Below, one piece after another: positions 49,715-63,025 of a DNA stretch of 64,000 nt. The notes below the pieces were generated by a model. That model made no database searches and was not told where the DNA came from. It was given only the letters and a program-made list of their open reading frames with translations. Numbering within the stretch: the first letter of the stretch is position 1; the number at the start of each line of letters is the position of its first letter. Position numbers and translations under genes: made by a program. This DNA comes from Callorhinchus milii. Taxonomy: Eukaryota. The stretch covers positions 103,852,001 through 103,916,000 of the forward strand of contig NW_024704742.1 of assembly GCF_018977255.1 (NCBI RefSeq), given 5' to 3'.

Positions 49715-51916
49715 TATATTCAGATATCTTTTTACTGCTCAAACCAGACAGTACTCAACACAATATGAGTGGATTTCCTTAAATATTTTAATTTATGCTA
49801 TTGACAATTGGACAATTTCAGCCAGTCCATGTCAGACACTGAAGTAGTACCATTTATGAATTAGTTATCAAATGCAAGTAACTTATTTTGGCTAATCACA
49901 TTTGGAAGCTCATTCCAGAAGCTGTCACTTAAATTAGTCATCAGGTTTAAGTGCCAATGTTTGGTGTTACATTAATGCTTAGCAGCTGCTCACTGAATTT
50001 ACAAGGTTCTGCCTATGTTAGAGGCAAATATTTACAATTCAAATCAAACATCAATTTTCTTTAATCCCCATATTGTAATTCAGTCATTCCCACAAATTAA
50101 GTCTAGCTAGCTATGCTTCATCCACATCATCCCCAACTAAGAGGATTAGACAATCCATCAATGTTGCAATCTCAATTGATGCAGTTAAAGGCACTGTCTG
50201 GTCAGCCCACCAGACAATGCATATGGACTTGTTTAGGTCAGCGTAATTTGCTAAAAGTACATAAATTTAAAATACAATTCTCAAATTCAGAAACTCTTTA
50301 TTACTGTGTTAAGATTGTTCATAATTGTAGAACACCTTGCATTTTCTGCTTGGTCAGCAAAAGAACAGATCTTTATGTTTCCATTCTGTGCATTCTTACA
50401 TTTTCCCCAAACTGGATTTGTGGAACCTTTACTTTGTATTGGGATAAATATGTAACATCACACTGAAGAATGGAATATGAATTAATATATAATGCCTTAA
50501 TTAATCCCGCAATTGAATGCAAATCGTCAAAATCCTGATAGTAAAAATATAATAATCCTTACATTTGATATATTTGCATTTATCACATCTTCAAGACATC
50601 TCAAAGCGCTTCACAGAATATACTATATAGTAATTGACTGTATATTAGTATGTCCCAAAGATGTATTATTTCCTTCAATAAAAACAAAATCCTATCTTTT
50701 TAAAAAACAAACGACTATAAACAAATTCAAATAGATCCAGTTTATCTGCGCTTCATGTAAATAAATTTCTATTCTTGCAAAACAATGTCAGGGGAGAGAT
50801 AAGGCCATAAAGAATGCAATACAACAACAACAAGATTCCATTTATAGAGCGCCTTTCACGTCGGGAAGACGTCCCAAGGCGCTGAATAGAGCTCTTGGCT
50901 AGATGTCCAACGCTATAAATTATAAAAGGGAAGCCATGTTAAATTCAGGTAAAATCTTTGTTAGACCACATTTGTTGTCGCTATTACAAGAAGGATATTG
51001 TAGAATTGGAGAAATAACCGAATAGATTTACTTGGGACGAATGGAAATGTTACCAGGAATGAGTGGATACAGCTATCAAGAAAGATTGGCACTTTTCTCT
51101 CTAGAGTTGAGAGGATTGAAAGTAGACCTGATAAAGTTGTGTTTAACTTTATTATTCAATAAAGTTGACATTGAAAGGCTGTTTCCATTCTTGGTGAAGT
51201 CCAAAACAAGAGAGTATAACTATAGGATAACTAATATTAGATATAATGTGGAGTTTAGGAGAAACTTCATGCAGATGGTGCTAAGGATTGGGAACTCGCT
51301 GCTGGAAGCTGTGGCTGAAGCAAAAAGCATCATTGTATTTAAGAGAAAACTTGATTCATACATGAGGGAGAAGGGAATATGAGAGGGGAATATGATGGGT
51401 AGGGGCTTGTGAGAATCATAAACCCAGCACTTACTAGTTGGGCCATATCACTCTATGTACCAATGTAATTTCCACCTGGGTTTAAAATTGCATCTCTGAA
51501 ATTCTAAGAAAAAAATCAAATTCTAGAACAAAGTTGTATTTATATTACCTCCCCCAATTCTCAGAATTTTTTTTGTTATAAATGTACAGAATAATCCCAA
51601 ATCCTTGGACTACAAGCAATAATTGAAGTAATGTGATGGCATTAAACCCGTTGTTCTTTGCTGGATCTGTTTGTATTTGTTTGCTCAACCAGAACAGCTG
51701 TTCAGTAGGCAGAACTATCTCGCAGTTTCCCACAAGACTGCAGGCTCTAAGGGAGAATGGCGGGAGAAATTGTTGGCCATGTGGAAGCATGCTCATTCCA
51801 AGATTTCTCAGAAACAGCAGCTGTATGTCTGGAAGCTGAGCAAGCCTACTATATGAACAGAGGCAATCAGCATGTATACATTATGTGTTTAGCTTGGTAT
51901 CAACTTACAGTTGATA

Positions 51917-52292
51917 CAACAACAACAAGATTACATTTGTATAGCGCCTTTCACGTCGGGAGGACGTCTCAAGGCACTGCACAGTGCACAGCATTTCAGA
52001 CCCGAGCTGGGGTCAGGGCAGGAGAAGGGAGGGGAAGGGGGGTGGCCGATGGCATGGTCGAAGAGGAAGGTCTTGAGGCGGGACTTGAAGGAGGCTAAGG
52101 AGGGGTCGAGGCGGAGTGATTGGGGGATGGAATTCCAGAGGTTAGGGGCAGAATGGCTAAAGGCTCTCCCGCCAATGGTGGGGCGGGTGGGTCGAGGGAC
52201 GTGGAGCAGGCCGGAGCCGGCTAAGCGAGTGGGTTGATAGGGGGTTAGGAGATCACAGAGGTAGGGTGGGGTGAGAACCAGGATCTTGAACT
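51917..52292 (-). mobile_element. L2 3' end
   Basis: (CAA)n tail then GATTACATTTGTATAGCGCCTTTCACGTCGGGAGGACG; reverse complement of the 49370-49714 type. Confidence 0.9.
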
Positions 52293-55200
52293 GTTGAGAT
52301 ACCTGGAGAGACCAGAGAAATCTCAGCAGATATATTGAATATGAATCTGTCTTAGCAAACTCAATATTGAGACAGCACTAACTTCATGGGTGAACAAAGT
52401 GAAATATTTGGGTGCCAGTGTTTGATATTACATTTGCAACAAGAAAGCAGTTATGTACAGCTGTACAGGGACCTGAAGTTCAGTGGACCCTAAGCAGCCA
52501 TGGGATTCTCCACTGGCTCCCAATTCCCCAGTGGACTGACTTCAAGATCATCATTCTAACTTTCAAATGCCTCCATTCATTTTCTCCATCCCTAAACCCG
52601 TAATCTCCTGTAATTCAACTGTTAACTCAGAGCTGTGTGCACTTCCATCACCAGTGAGGTTTCAGTCATTTTGCCCTCCTCCCTAAATTCCTCCTCGCAT
52701 CCTCCATCTGAAAATCCTTCTTAAAACCTACCTTTGGTCACTTTGCTCCTCTTCCCTACTCTGGCTCCCACTCCATCTCTGTGAAAACACTTTTTTTTTG
52801 GTTAGCCAGGTGTCTGACACATGCGGAAACCCATCACCATGCTAAAGAATATTCAAATCAAACTGAGAATTAAATGCATCCCACATTTAATAATCCTTGC
52901 ATTTGATACAGCGCCTATCAACAATGCCCTGGAATACTGCAGTCCTTCCTGCCTGGCTCAGGAACTAGACTACTGAGACCGCCAGACGGCTGGCTCGATT
53001 CTGACGTTGCCTAACATATCACCTTGAAACCAGTTCAGCTCCAACTCTGTGAAGTACTTCAGAGACAATTGCCTACTTGAAAAGAGCTCTGTAAGAGCAA
53101 GTTGTCAGTGACACCACCATTTTGTTGATGCTATGATGGACATTTTAAAATACAGAGACAATAAAGGGGTACAACAACCAATACTAAGGATCAAAGAAGA
53201 CTTCATTCTCAAGTAGAGATATTGCCCTTTTTTAAAAACTGTTAGTTTATTGGGTGATTTGTCTCCTTATTGTTCATATTCGATATGCAGTTGGTTTTAT
53301 GCTGGTTAGGTTTTCTTTTTGCTTTAAAATTAATAAAGCAACACTGGTTTCTATTTCTGATTAATTAATATGATGATTTTCAATCCAGAAAAAAAGTTTT
53401 CAAATTATTCATATAAACAGGTCTGCCTGAACCTACTTTGAAACACAATTCACTTGATCTTCTGGTGGGAAGATTGGATTTGGGAAATTTCAGATATTCG
53501 TTCTGATTGTTTTTAAAAACATGAAATTAAGCCGCAATTTTAATTTGGCCAAAAGTGGTACAAAAGAAGAAAGAACTTGCACTTTTACAGCATCTTATCA
53601 TATTCAAACATCTTAAAATAATTCACAGGCAATTATGGTCAAGTACTGCAGTTACTGTTTTTGCAGTCAAATGAGCCAGCAAACAATGACAAACAGCCAT
53701 AAGGTGAATGACCAAATAATCTGAAAGACTTGCTTCATTTTAAAAATTCACACTTGCACAACCACCTTTCATGTGGAAGGAACACCTTGAAGCACTTGAG
53801 ATATAATGAAAATCACTGAACAGGGAATAGGGAGATTTAAGGAATGAAAGAGCCAGGGCCATTGAAGGGCTGGCGTGAACTGTTCGCAACTTCACAGAAG
53901 AAAAAACGCCAATTTTGATGACTTTGAAGGCTAAGAGAGCAAAAAACATAGAAATTTATGGAACAGTAGAAGACCATATAGCCCAACATCTCTGTGCCAG
54001 CTCCCTCAAGAAATAGAGAAGAGGAAAATTTTAGAAGAGAGATCCAGAAGACCAGGGTATTGTGACTGAAATTTTAGTCACTGATGATTGGGCAGAGCGA
54101 GTTGAGAACAGAGAGCAAGGAATACACAATAGACAAGAATTAGAAAAGCAGTTGCAGCAGAAGAATAAAACAAAAAAAAGGAAACGATTGCCTGTTAGGA
54201 AGAACTGAGACCATGGAATGATTTGAAGGATAGGATGATTTTAAAAGTTGATCAACTGGTTTACTAAGAGCCATTCAGTGGAGCTTGGGGAGGAGGTGTG
54301 GAGCAGAATTGCAGCTGCAGTTTTGAATGAGATGTAACCTTAGCATTGTCTTAGATAAAATTCAGCTGCAAGGGAGGGCTTATTCCTAAAAGCCATTTAT
54401 GCAATTTTATGATTTGATGCTCTAACCGATTTACCCAGTCACCAGTGCAATCATCACATAAATGAGGCAGATTCTAAAGCATCACCAGGTCAGCATATTA
54501 CAGACCCACTTATACTTATTGGCTTTGTATGACCCCAGCTCAGGTCTGAAATGCTGTACACTGTACAGCGCCTTGGGACGTCCTCCCGACGTGAAAGGCG
54601 CTATACAAATGTAATCTTGTTGTTGTAATATAAAAGCAGCATACACAATTAATTGAAATCTCTAAAACCAAACCAAAGTGTTAAGACAAAGAAGATAAGA
54701 GCTGCTGCCCACAATCAAAACATTTGGACTGAATACCATCAGCAAAATTTCACACCCTGTTTCTCCTGCCTGGAGAACTCTTCTCCCAAAAGTTTCATCA
54801 CGTGGAACTTAACGTGCTTTGGTATACATTCCCTAAAATCCAAAAAAGCGCCGGTGATGTCACATGAACTACATTCAAGCTCACTCCAAAAGGCTTCTGT
54901 AAATGGAACAAGTCATAAACTGCACAGCATTTTCAAACATGTGAAATGCAAGTCTGATCTGTGATTTGCTGTTCAGCAATGGTACCAGTGGTACTGAAGA
55001 ACTTATTTAGGGTAGGTAATATGGAGCAAGGATGACAAGTTAAAAAATAGCCAATGAAACTGAAAAGTAGTGGTTGCTTTTTTATGTAAACAGTGGCCAT
55101 CTGGCCTCAGTCCCTGTCCTCAGGAACTGAGACCACATGGACAAAGGAAACATAGACCAAGGTACCACATACTGTTTGTAAATCTATCCGATACACATCA

Positions 55201-56090
55201 GATTTAATACTTATCTATCTTGGGAAAAAAACGTTGACACCTTTCTGCTCGCAGCTATCGAATAACCCTGGGTATAGTCAATACAAGTTAAATATCTGCG
55301 TGTGATGATATAATGGGTCGCAGTAATATTACATCTACAGAGAAAAGCTCAAGAAACCTATTAAACGTCAGAATAAAATACTATTACTAAATTGATTCCG
55401 CCTGAAAACATTTCTCTTCGACCGTGTTTACGGCCACCTCCCCGCCCCCCCCCCCCGGCTCTGAGTCAGGCTGCGCCCACTGCTAAGCGCTCTGAGACGC
55501 TATCCTGCGCGGAGGGCGCTGTACAAAGTGCAAGTTGTTGACCAGTCAGAGGTGGCTGCAGACCTCGCAATTTGGTCGCATTGCAACCTGATGCTCGTCC
55601 GAATGGGGAAACCTCGCTGCTCCTTCCTTCCCCGACGGACCGCAGCGTTTGTCCCGACGGTTACGACAGGGCTTTAAAAACTTTTTTTTAAAAGAAAGAG
55701 GCGAAACAAATACTGTACACAAAACACGTGAAAAGTCGGGGTGGGGGGGGAATAGAGGGAGGGGGACGCTCTTCTCTTCAAAAAGTGCCGCTTTATCTGC
55801 CTGTCCTGCAACCACATCCAGTGAGTGAACGTTCACAGCAGATGTTCTTGCTTTGATTTTTTTCCCCGCCCCCGGTGTTGAGGTTTTTAAAACACTTTGC
55901 GTTCAAAAACAAACTCCCGACATGGCTTCCAGACGGAAAAAAAATAGACTCAAAACGTTGAAAGGCAAAAAAAAAAAAACTTTTTTTTTTGGAATCTAAA
56001 AAAACCTGATTTGTAGCAAAAGTTTGCTCCCCCCTCCCCTCCCCCTCCCCCCCCCCCCACGGCTGCAGCAAACGACGGGAGAGGGAGGAG

Positions 56091-56260
56091 GGGGAGAGTG
56101 GGGTTTATTGTCCGGGATCCAGAGGGGGAGAGTGGGGTTTATTGTCCGGGATCCAGAGGGGGAGAGTGGGGTTTATTGTCCGGGATCCAGAGGGGGAGAG
56201 TGGGGTTTATTGTCCGGGATCCAGAGGGGGAGAGTGGGGTTTATTGTCCAGGATCCAGAG
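56091..56260. repeat. 34-bp minisatellite, 5 copies
   Basis: Unit GGGGAGAGTGGGGTTTATTGTCCGGGATCCAGAG starts at 56091, 56125, 56159, 56193 and 56227; one substitution in the last copy. Confidence 0.95.
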
Positions 56261-56429
56261 GGAGAGAGAGAGTGGAGAGGGATGGTCTTGGCTCCTCTCT
56301 GCTACTCTTTCGGGCGCAATAATAAACAAAAACGTGATGTAAAGTGTTTCTGATTTACGGACACCTTCTCTGTAACCGACCCACTGCATCTCATGGGCTG
56401 GGGGGAGAGGGGGAGGGAGGAGGCAGCAG

Positions 56430-57050
56430 CGCTGGCAGACAACGGGAGTCCTACCTGCTGATATAGCCGTCTCCGTCCCCATCGCAGGTCTGGAAGAGGC
56501 GCCTCATCCGCTCCTCCTCGCCGGTGCTCGAAGTGTCGCTGCTGCCGCTGCTGGCGCTCGCCGCAGCCGCCGCCGTCGCCATCTTCCTCCCGGCTAACGG
56601 CACCCGAAGCACGTCACAGCTCGAGAGAGAGAGAGCGGAGGTAGGGGAGGGGGGGGGAAGAGCTGCGCGAGGAGCGACCGTTGCAAACAAACGGTTAAGT
56701 GTGCGCGGACCCCCCCCAACCCGACTTCCGAAACTTCCTCTCGTGCTCACACAAAACCCGGCGCGGTCTCCGCTCGCCCCTGCGCGCGCCACCCGCACCA
56801 ATCACAGCAGCCGATTCGGAGGAGCCCAGGGCGCACCGCGCATGCGCGTTCATTCCCCCCCCCCCCCCACACGCACACCCCGCGCGCCACCCGCCGCGCA
56901 TGCGCGTGCGCACTGGTACCACTCTACGGGTTTCGCTGGGATTTCTTCTGCCGCCAATGTTGCCAGAGGTTGGGCGGGTTCACGCCCAATTGGGCGGCCT
57001 GTGCTTTGTGTTGTTACTGGACGTGAAGAGCTGCTTTGGGCGAGTTGCCT
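56430..57050 (-). promoter_or_regulatory. CpG island / TATA-less promoter of the MCC long isoform
   Basis: Abrupt rise in GC and CpG. Two NRF1-type palindromes GCGCATGCGC (56838-56847, 56896-56905), CCAAT (56798-56802), tandem ETS cores ACTTCCG/ACTTCCT (56724-56739), and a YY1-like AAGATGGCG over the start codon. Confidence 0.85.
56455..56582 (-). CDS. MCC: MCC long isoform, coding exon 1 (Ala/Ser-rich N-terminus and first part of EF-hand 1)
   Basis: ATG at 56582 in context GGAAGATGG. Encodes MATAAAAASASSGSSDTSSTGEEERMRRLFQTCDGDGDGYIS(R), matching my recollection of the vertebrate MCC long-isoform N-terminus. Donor AG|GTAGGA after 56455, phase 2 (128 nt). Confidence 0.95.
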
Positions 57051-58339
57051 AACTTTTACATATTTAATTAGAAAAACGTGTTTTTTCCCTTTCAAGATCT
57101 CTTTAAGTTTCAAAAACACCGGCCGAAACCAGCCGCTCTGCTACCCATAGAAGCCAACACATAATATTGGGCTAATATTTGGTTGACTTATGGCTACAAA
57201 TGTATTGTAATTTCTGGCATTCCTGCCCATCACCACTTCTAACCCAGAGAGGAGTGGGAAATGGTTCGGCGCTCAACAACAACATTACATTTGTATAGCG
57301 CCTTTCATATCGGGAGGACGTCCCAAGGTGCTGGACAATCACGTAAGAGAGCGAGAGAGAGGTTGGAGAAACAGAACAATTTATAAATAAGCAAATCATG
57401 ATGGGTTTTATTAGGAGTAGAGGAAGGTTATTTCCACTGATAGGCGAGTCGGTGACGAGGGGGCAGATATACGATAGCCACAACAGCGAAAAGAGAACTT
57501 AGCAAGAATTTCTTCACCCAGAGAGTAGTTGGGATGTGGAATGCCCTGCCCAGCAGGTTGGTGAAGGTAGAGTGCATTGTAGCTTTCAAGAGGGAAGTGG
57601 ACGGGCATATGAAAGAGAAGGGCTGGAAGGGGATGGGGAAAATAATAATAATAATCCTTGCATTTGATATAGCACCTCATCACGTTCGTAGAGACGACTC
57701 AGTGTGCTTCATATGATATACTATAAAGTGGATTGACTGTATTTTGTAGGCAGAACGGTTGAATTGAAGGAATATCTTTGCTTTCTGAGCTGGTGCAGGC
57801 TTGATGAGCCAAATGGCCTCCTTCCATGCTGTAGATTTCTATGTTCCTAAATTTTGAAAAAAAAAATGCATCTACCAAATTATACAAAGAGTGTCTTTAT
57901 TACCTGGGTAACAAAACTTATGTTAAAGCGAAGCAGACCACAAATTGATCATTGCTAAGGCAGAAGTGCACTTTTTCATTTATTTAATATATCTTGTGAT
58001 GTAGAAACACTATTGTTATTTCATTCCACCATAACTTAAACTCAACCTAACCTTTCCTACCGAGTCTATTTTTGACATAACAAGAAGGCAACACTACATG
58101 GTACCCAGGTAGTGAAAGCACTCTTTGTATATTTATTAAATGAAATGCGCTAAAGCATTTTTTTTAAAAATACACTGCTTTTCCAGCGGTAATAATTCTT
58201 TCAAAATAAAATAATACATTGGTCACTCAGTCCACAACTGTTTGTGCAATTAGCTGCTGCGTTTCGCTCACAAAATATACAGTTAAATTGTTTTACAGTA
58301 TATTCTGTGAAGCACTTTGAGATGTCTCAGACACTACCA

Positions 58340-59104
58340 GCATCATGGATGCACACAACACCTCACCAAGCCAGTCAGGAATCTAGGCGTCTTGTTTGAC
58401 TCTCAACTGTCCTTTCTCCCCCACATCTGTGCCATGACCTGCTCTGCCTTTCCCCACCTCCGCAACATTGCCAGATTCTGCTACTGCCTCACCCCTCAAA
58501 CCACTGAAACCCTTATACATGCCTTCATTGCATCCAGGCTCAACTATACCAATGCCCTGCTTGTCAGCCTTCCGACGAGCAGGGCGTTGGTATAGTTGAG
58601 CCTGAATGCAGATCATCCAGAACTCTGCAGCCCGTGTCTTTTCCCACACCAGGCTCCATGACCCTATCACCCCCATCGTCGCCTGACTCCACTGGTTTCC
58701 CATCACACAGAGGATACAGTTCAAGATCCTGGTCCTCACTTTCAAAGCCCTCCATGGCCTTGCTCCCCCAACCTCTGTGATCTCCTAACCCACTTACCAA
58801 CCTGCCCGCACCCTCTGCTTAGCAGGCTCCGGCCTGCTCCATGTCCCACACCTCACCCACCCCACCATTGGCAGGCAAGCCTTCAGTCACTCTGTGCCCA
58901 TCGGCAGTCCTTCCGCCTCACCACCTCCCTTGCCTCCTTCAGGACTTGTCTCAAGACCTTCCTCTTCGACCGTGCCTTCGGCCACTCTCCTTCCCCCCAT
59001 GCCCTGATCCCGATCCCCAGCTCAGGTCTGAAACACTGATTGTCTAGTGACTTGGGACGTCCTCTTGATGTGAAAGGCACTATATAAATGTAATTTTGTT
59101 GTTG
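58340..59104 (+). mobile_element. L2 LINE 3' fragment inserted within a SINE 3' part
   Basis: [11 protein letters not shown]...SRLNY motifs and L2 tail. SINE 3' sequence breaks at about 58330 and resumes at about 59105. Confidence 0.88.
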
Positions 59105-60210
59105 CTTCAAAGACATGATAAGGCATTATATCAAATGCAAGGATTATTATTATTACAAATACAGCAAGTACATTTCACAAAAAAAACTGCTTCAAGTCAT
59201 TATCAACAAAGGCTCATAACAAAAGCAAGGATTATTATTTTAATAAGAATAAATTTGAAGCCCCACATTGATACCTTGAGCTGCATTGTTGGAGGTGGCG
59301 TCCTTGGGATGAGATATTAAACTAGGAACCGGTCTACCTGTTCAGGTGAATGTTAAAGATCCCATTGCACTATTCAGCAACAACAACAACTTGAATTTAT
59401 CTTCACTCGGGATAGCATCTCGGGCGCTAAGAGAAAAAGAGAATGGAGATTACCAGATTCCTCAGATAAAATTGGTCAATTATTTTATGGCTGTTTTTAT
59501 GGCTGGGGTATTGCTGTGCACAAATTGGCTGCCATGTTCACTTACAAATAGTCGACATTTTACAATAATCCTATGAAGCACTAAAAAATCGTGTGAAAGG
59601 TGGTACGGTATATCAAATGTGAGGATTACTGTGGTTTGGTCTTCAATTACACCATTACACTACATTTGAATCTGATAGTATACATATTTAATATATCCAT
59701 CTTTCCTGATGTGTCATGTTTGTCTAATAGCCCCGAGTCTTTTTAGCAGACAGAACTTATCTAGTTCATTTTTGTCTCTTGTTCTCTCTCTCAAATATAG
59801 AGAGAGAACAAGGCGTTTCACCCACAAATACAGTCAATTCACTTTACAGTATATTTTGTGAAGTACTTTGAACATCTAGAAGATGTGAAAAAGCGATATA
59901 TCAAATGCAAGGATTATTATATATTATAGAAACAGCATTTGAACTTGGGATTCAGATAAAAATTATCGAAACATTTGATGAAAAATATCATAAACCATTC
60001 GTAAAATTGGTTGGACCTGCTAAACCCCTATCAATCTGTCCGCTCCCTCCATTCAGCAGACTCCAGTGTTTTTTACAAACCATTTATAAAATTAAGTTTA
60101 AGCATGAACTTTGAATGGGTTGTTTCAGTAGGTGTAAATTACACAGTATCTCAAAGTGTAGGACTTAAGAACATTGTTTTGATCTTCAAATCCCAGCATG
60201 TTCTCACCTT

Positions 60211-61992
60211 ACAACAACAACATTACAGTTGTAAAGCGTCTTTCACATCAGGAGGACGTCCCAAGGCGATGAACAGTCGAGGATCAGGACCCGAGCGTGG
60301 GAGGGGGCAGGGTTGGGGTGAGAGAGGACAGAGAGGTAGGATGGTGGCTGAAGCCATGGTCGAAAAGGAGGGTCTTGAGTCGTGCCTTGAAGGAGGCGAG
60401 GAAGGGAGCAAGGCAAAGGGATTGTGGAATGGAGTTCCAGAGGGTGGGGGCAGAGAGGCTGAAAGCCCGTTGCCAATGGTAGGACGGGTTGGATGGGAGA
60501 CATGGAGCTGGCTGGAGTCCACTGAATGGATGGAGCGGACAGGTTGATAGGGGGTTAGCAGGTCAGAGAGGTAGGAGGGGACAAGGCCGTCGAGGGCCTT
60601 GAAAGTAAGGACATGGGGTTTGAATTCTATCCTCAGAGGGATGGGGAGCCAGTGGAGCCAGGAGGTGATGGGTGTGATGGGGTCATGGAGCCTAGTGCGG
60701 GAGAGGACACAAGCTCAAAGTTCTGGATGATCTGAAACTTGTGGAAGGAAAAGTTGGGGAGGCCGACAAGTAGGGAGTTTTTGTAGTCGGACCTTGAAGT
60801 GACGAATGCGTGAATGAGGGTTTTGGCGGCTTGAGGGGTGAGACAGTGGCGGACTCGTTCAATGTTGCAGAGGTGGGGGAAGGCAGAGCAGGCCATGGCA
60901 CAAATGTGGGGGAGAAAGGACAGTTGAGGGTCAAACAAGACATCCAGGTTCCTGACTGGCTTGGTGAGGTAGAGTGTGCGTCCATGGATGTTGGCAGTGC
61001 CTAAGATGTGGAGGCACTGATGCGCACCAATCAGGTGGGCATCCATCTTGCTGGCATTCAGCAGTAGAAAGTTGGCTCTCATCCAGGACGTGATGTCTGA
61101 CAGGCAGTCTGTCAGGACATCAGTTGTCCTGGAATCGAGGGTGGAGGCAGAGAGATAGAGCTGGGTGTCATCTGCATACATGTGGAAGTTGACCCCATGT
61201 CTGCGGATGATGTCACGAAGAGGGAACATGTAGAGGTTGAAGAGGAGGGGATCGAGTACAGAGCCCTGAGGAACACCGCACAAGACTGTGCGGGAGCTGG
61301 AAGAGAAACTGTTGGCGGAGACAAATTGGAGATGTTGTGAGAGATAAGACCTGAATCATTCAAGGACAGAACCTTGAAGGTTGAGGTGAGAGGAGATGGT
61401 GGAGGAGGATGAAGCGGTCCATGGTATTGAAGGCAGCAGAGAGGTCGAGGAGGATGAGGAGGCAGAGGGAGTCCTGGTCACAGATGGACAGGTTGTCGTT
61501 TGTGACCTTGACTAGTTTCAATGAGCAGCACAGAAACCCAATTGGAGGGGCTTGTGAAGTAACTGGTAGGAGAGAATGCACAAAGCTGGGAAGCAACAAC
61601 TCTTTCAAGGACGTTGTAAAGAAAAGGGAGGTTGGTTGGAGATGAGCCGATAGTTTGAAAGCAGGGATGGGTCCAGGAAGGTTTTTTCAAGATGGGGGTG
61701 ATTATAGCTATTTTTAGGAGGATGGGAACAGTGCCAGATGATAGGGAGAGATTGATGGTGTCGGGAGAGTAGAGGGGTGAGGAGGTGGAGCTGGGAGATA
61801 AGGAGAGAGATGGGGATGGGGCCAAGGGAGCAGGTTGTGTGTTTCATGTTGGATATGGTGGTGATGAGAGAGGAGGGGGTGACAGGTTTAAAAATGTGGA
61901 GGGAGGGATGGGTAGGGGTCGGAGTGTGGGGGGAGAAGGGGAGGGAGTAGTGGTTGGGAGGGCAGAGGCAGCTGAATGCATCCCCTTGATTC
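60211..61992 (-). mobile_element. L2 LINE, degenerate RT to 3' tail
   Basis: ORF 60633-61283 has GVPQGSVL and [11 protein letters not shown] 61360-61608 has LLDLSAAF. (CAA)n tail at 60212. Confidence 0.93.
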
Positions 61993-62273
61993 CTATTGCA
62001 ACCTTACTCTACCTATTGCAAACGTTTCCAGTAGTATACTTATTAAACCATTAGATCGCTTCTAAAAACTTCAAACGTTTTGCACAAAAAATATACAGTA
62101 TATTCTGTGAGGTGCTTTGAGACGTCTCGAAGACATAATAAGGCCCTATATCAAATGCAAGTATTATTATTATTATTAGCCACTTTCTCTCCCTGCATTG
62201 AAAAGTTCAAACCACATCCTTTAAATCAGTAATAATAATCCTTGCTTTTGATATAACTTCAGAATTCTGAACT

Positions 62274-63025
62274 CAACAATAACTTAAATTTATATAGCAC
62301 TTCTCACACAGGGTAACGTCTCAGATCACTTGGCAGTAATGGATCCTGCCCCAAGCCAGGGGGTGGTGGGTGTGACTGCAAACATAGTCAAATAGGAAGG
62401 TCTTCAGGCATGAACTGAAGATAGGAAGGAGGGGGCAGGCAGAGAGATTGAGTGAGTGTTCCAGGGCATAGTGGCTGAAAGTGCAGTAGCCAATGATGGA
62501 ACGGAGGGCATCAGGGACAAGCAGGAAGCCAAAGCCAGTCAAGCAAAGGCAATGGGTTGTGGATTGGGGTGTAAACAGGTCAGAGAGGAAGGTTGCTGCC
62601 TGGACATTTGGGGACTTGAAGACAAACATGAGGATTTTTAAATCAATCCGTTCGGCGATAGGAAGCCAGTGGAGCCTGGCAAGAACTGGTGTGATGCACT
62701 ACGGAGTTTAGTGCGAGTGAGTAGTTCTGCATTAACTCGATTTTGTGGATAGCGGAGCTGGGGAGACCAGCGAGGCGGGATGTGAAGGAGGTGGAGAAAA
62801 TGTTCCTGGTCGAATCTGGGGTAGGAAGGATATTTCTGGGTCAAACCTGACGCCTATGTTGCGACAGGTGTGTCGGTGAGTCTGAGGGATAGGCCGGGAA
62901 GGTTGAGAAAGTCAGAGCCACAGGGAGAAGATGTTGACAGGAGCCAAGGAGTATGGTTTCCATTTTGTCAACATTCATCTGCAGAAAAATTGCATTCATC
63001 CAGGCTCTGATGTCCGTCAACTCAG
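62274..63025 (-). mobile_element. L2 fragment, same diverged subfamily as 19615-20240
   Basis: Reverse-strand similarity to 19700-20240 (VFKS...TPQSTT...VP motifs); CAACAA tail at about 62274. Confidence 0.75.

Noticed and set aside
56091..56260. CRISPR-like array
   Set aside because: Head-to-tail identical units with no unique spacers, in a vertebrate intron.
44109..56454. Nested TSSK1B-like kinase retrogene as in the human MCC locus
   Set aside because: No kinase motifs in any ORF of the window.
56524..57150. 208-aa plus-strand ORF and overlapping ORFs
   Set aside because: Stop-poor CpG island antisense to exon 1; no recognisable domain.
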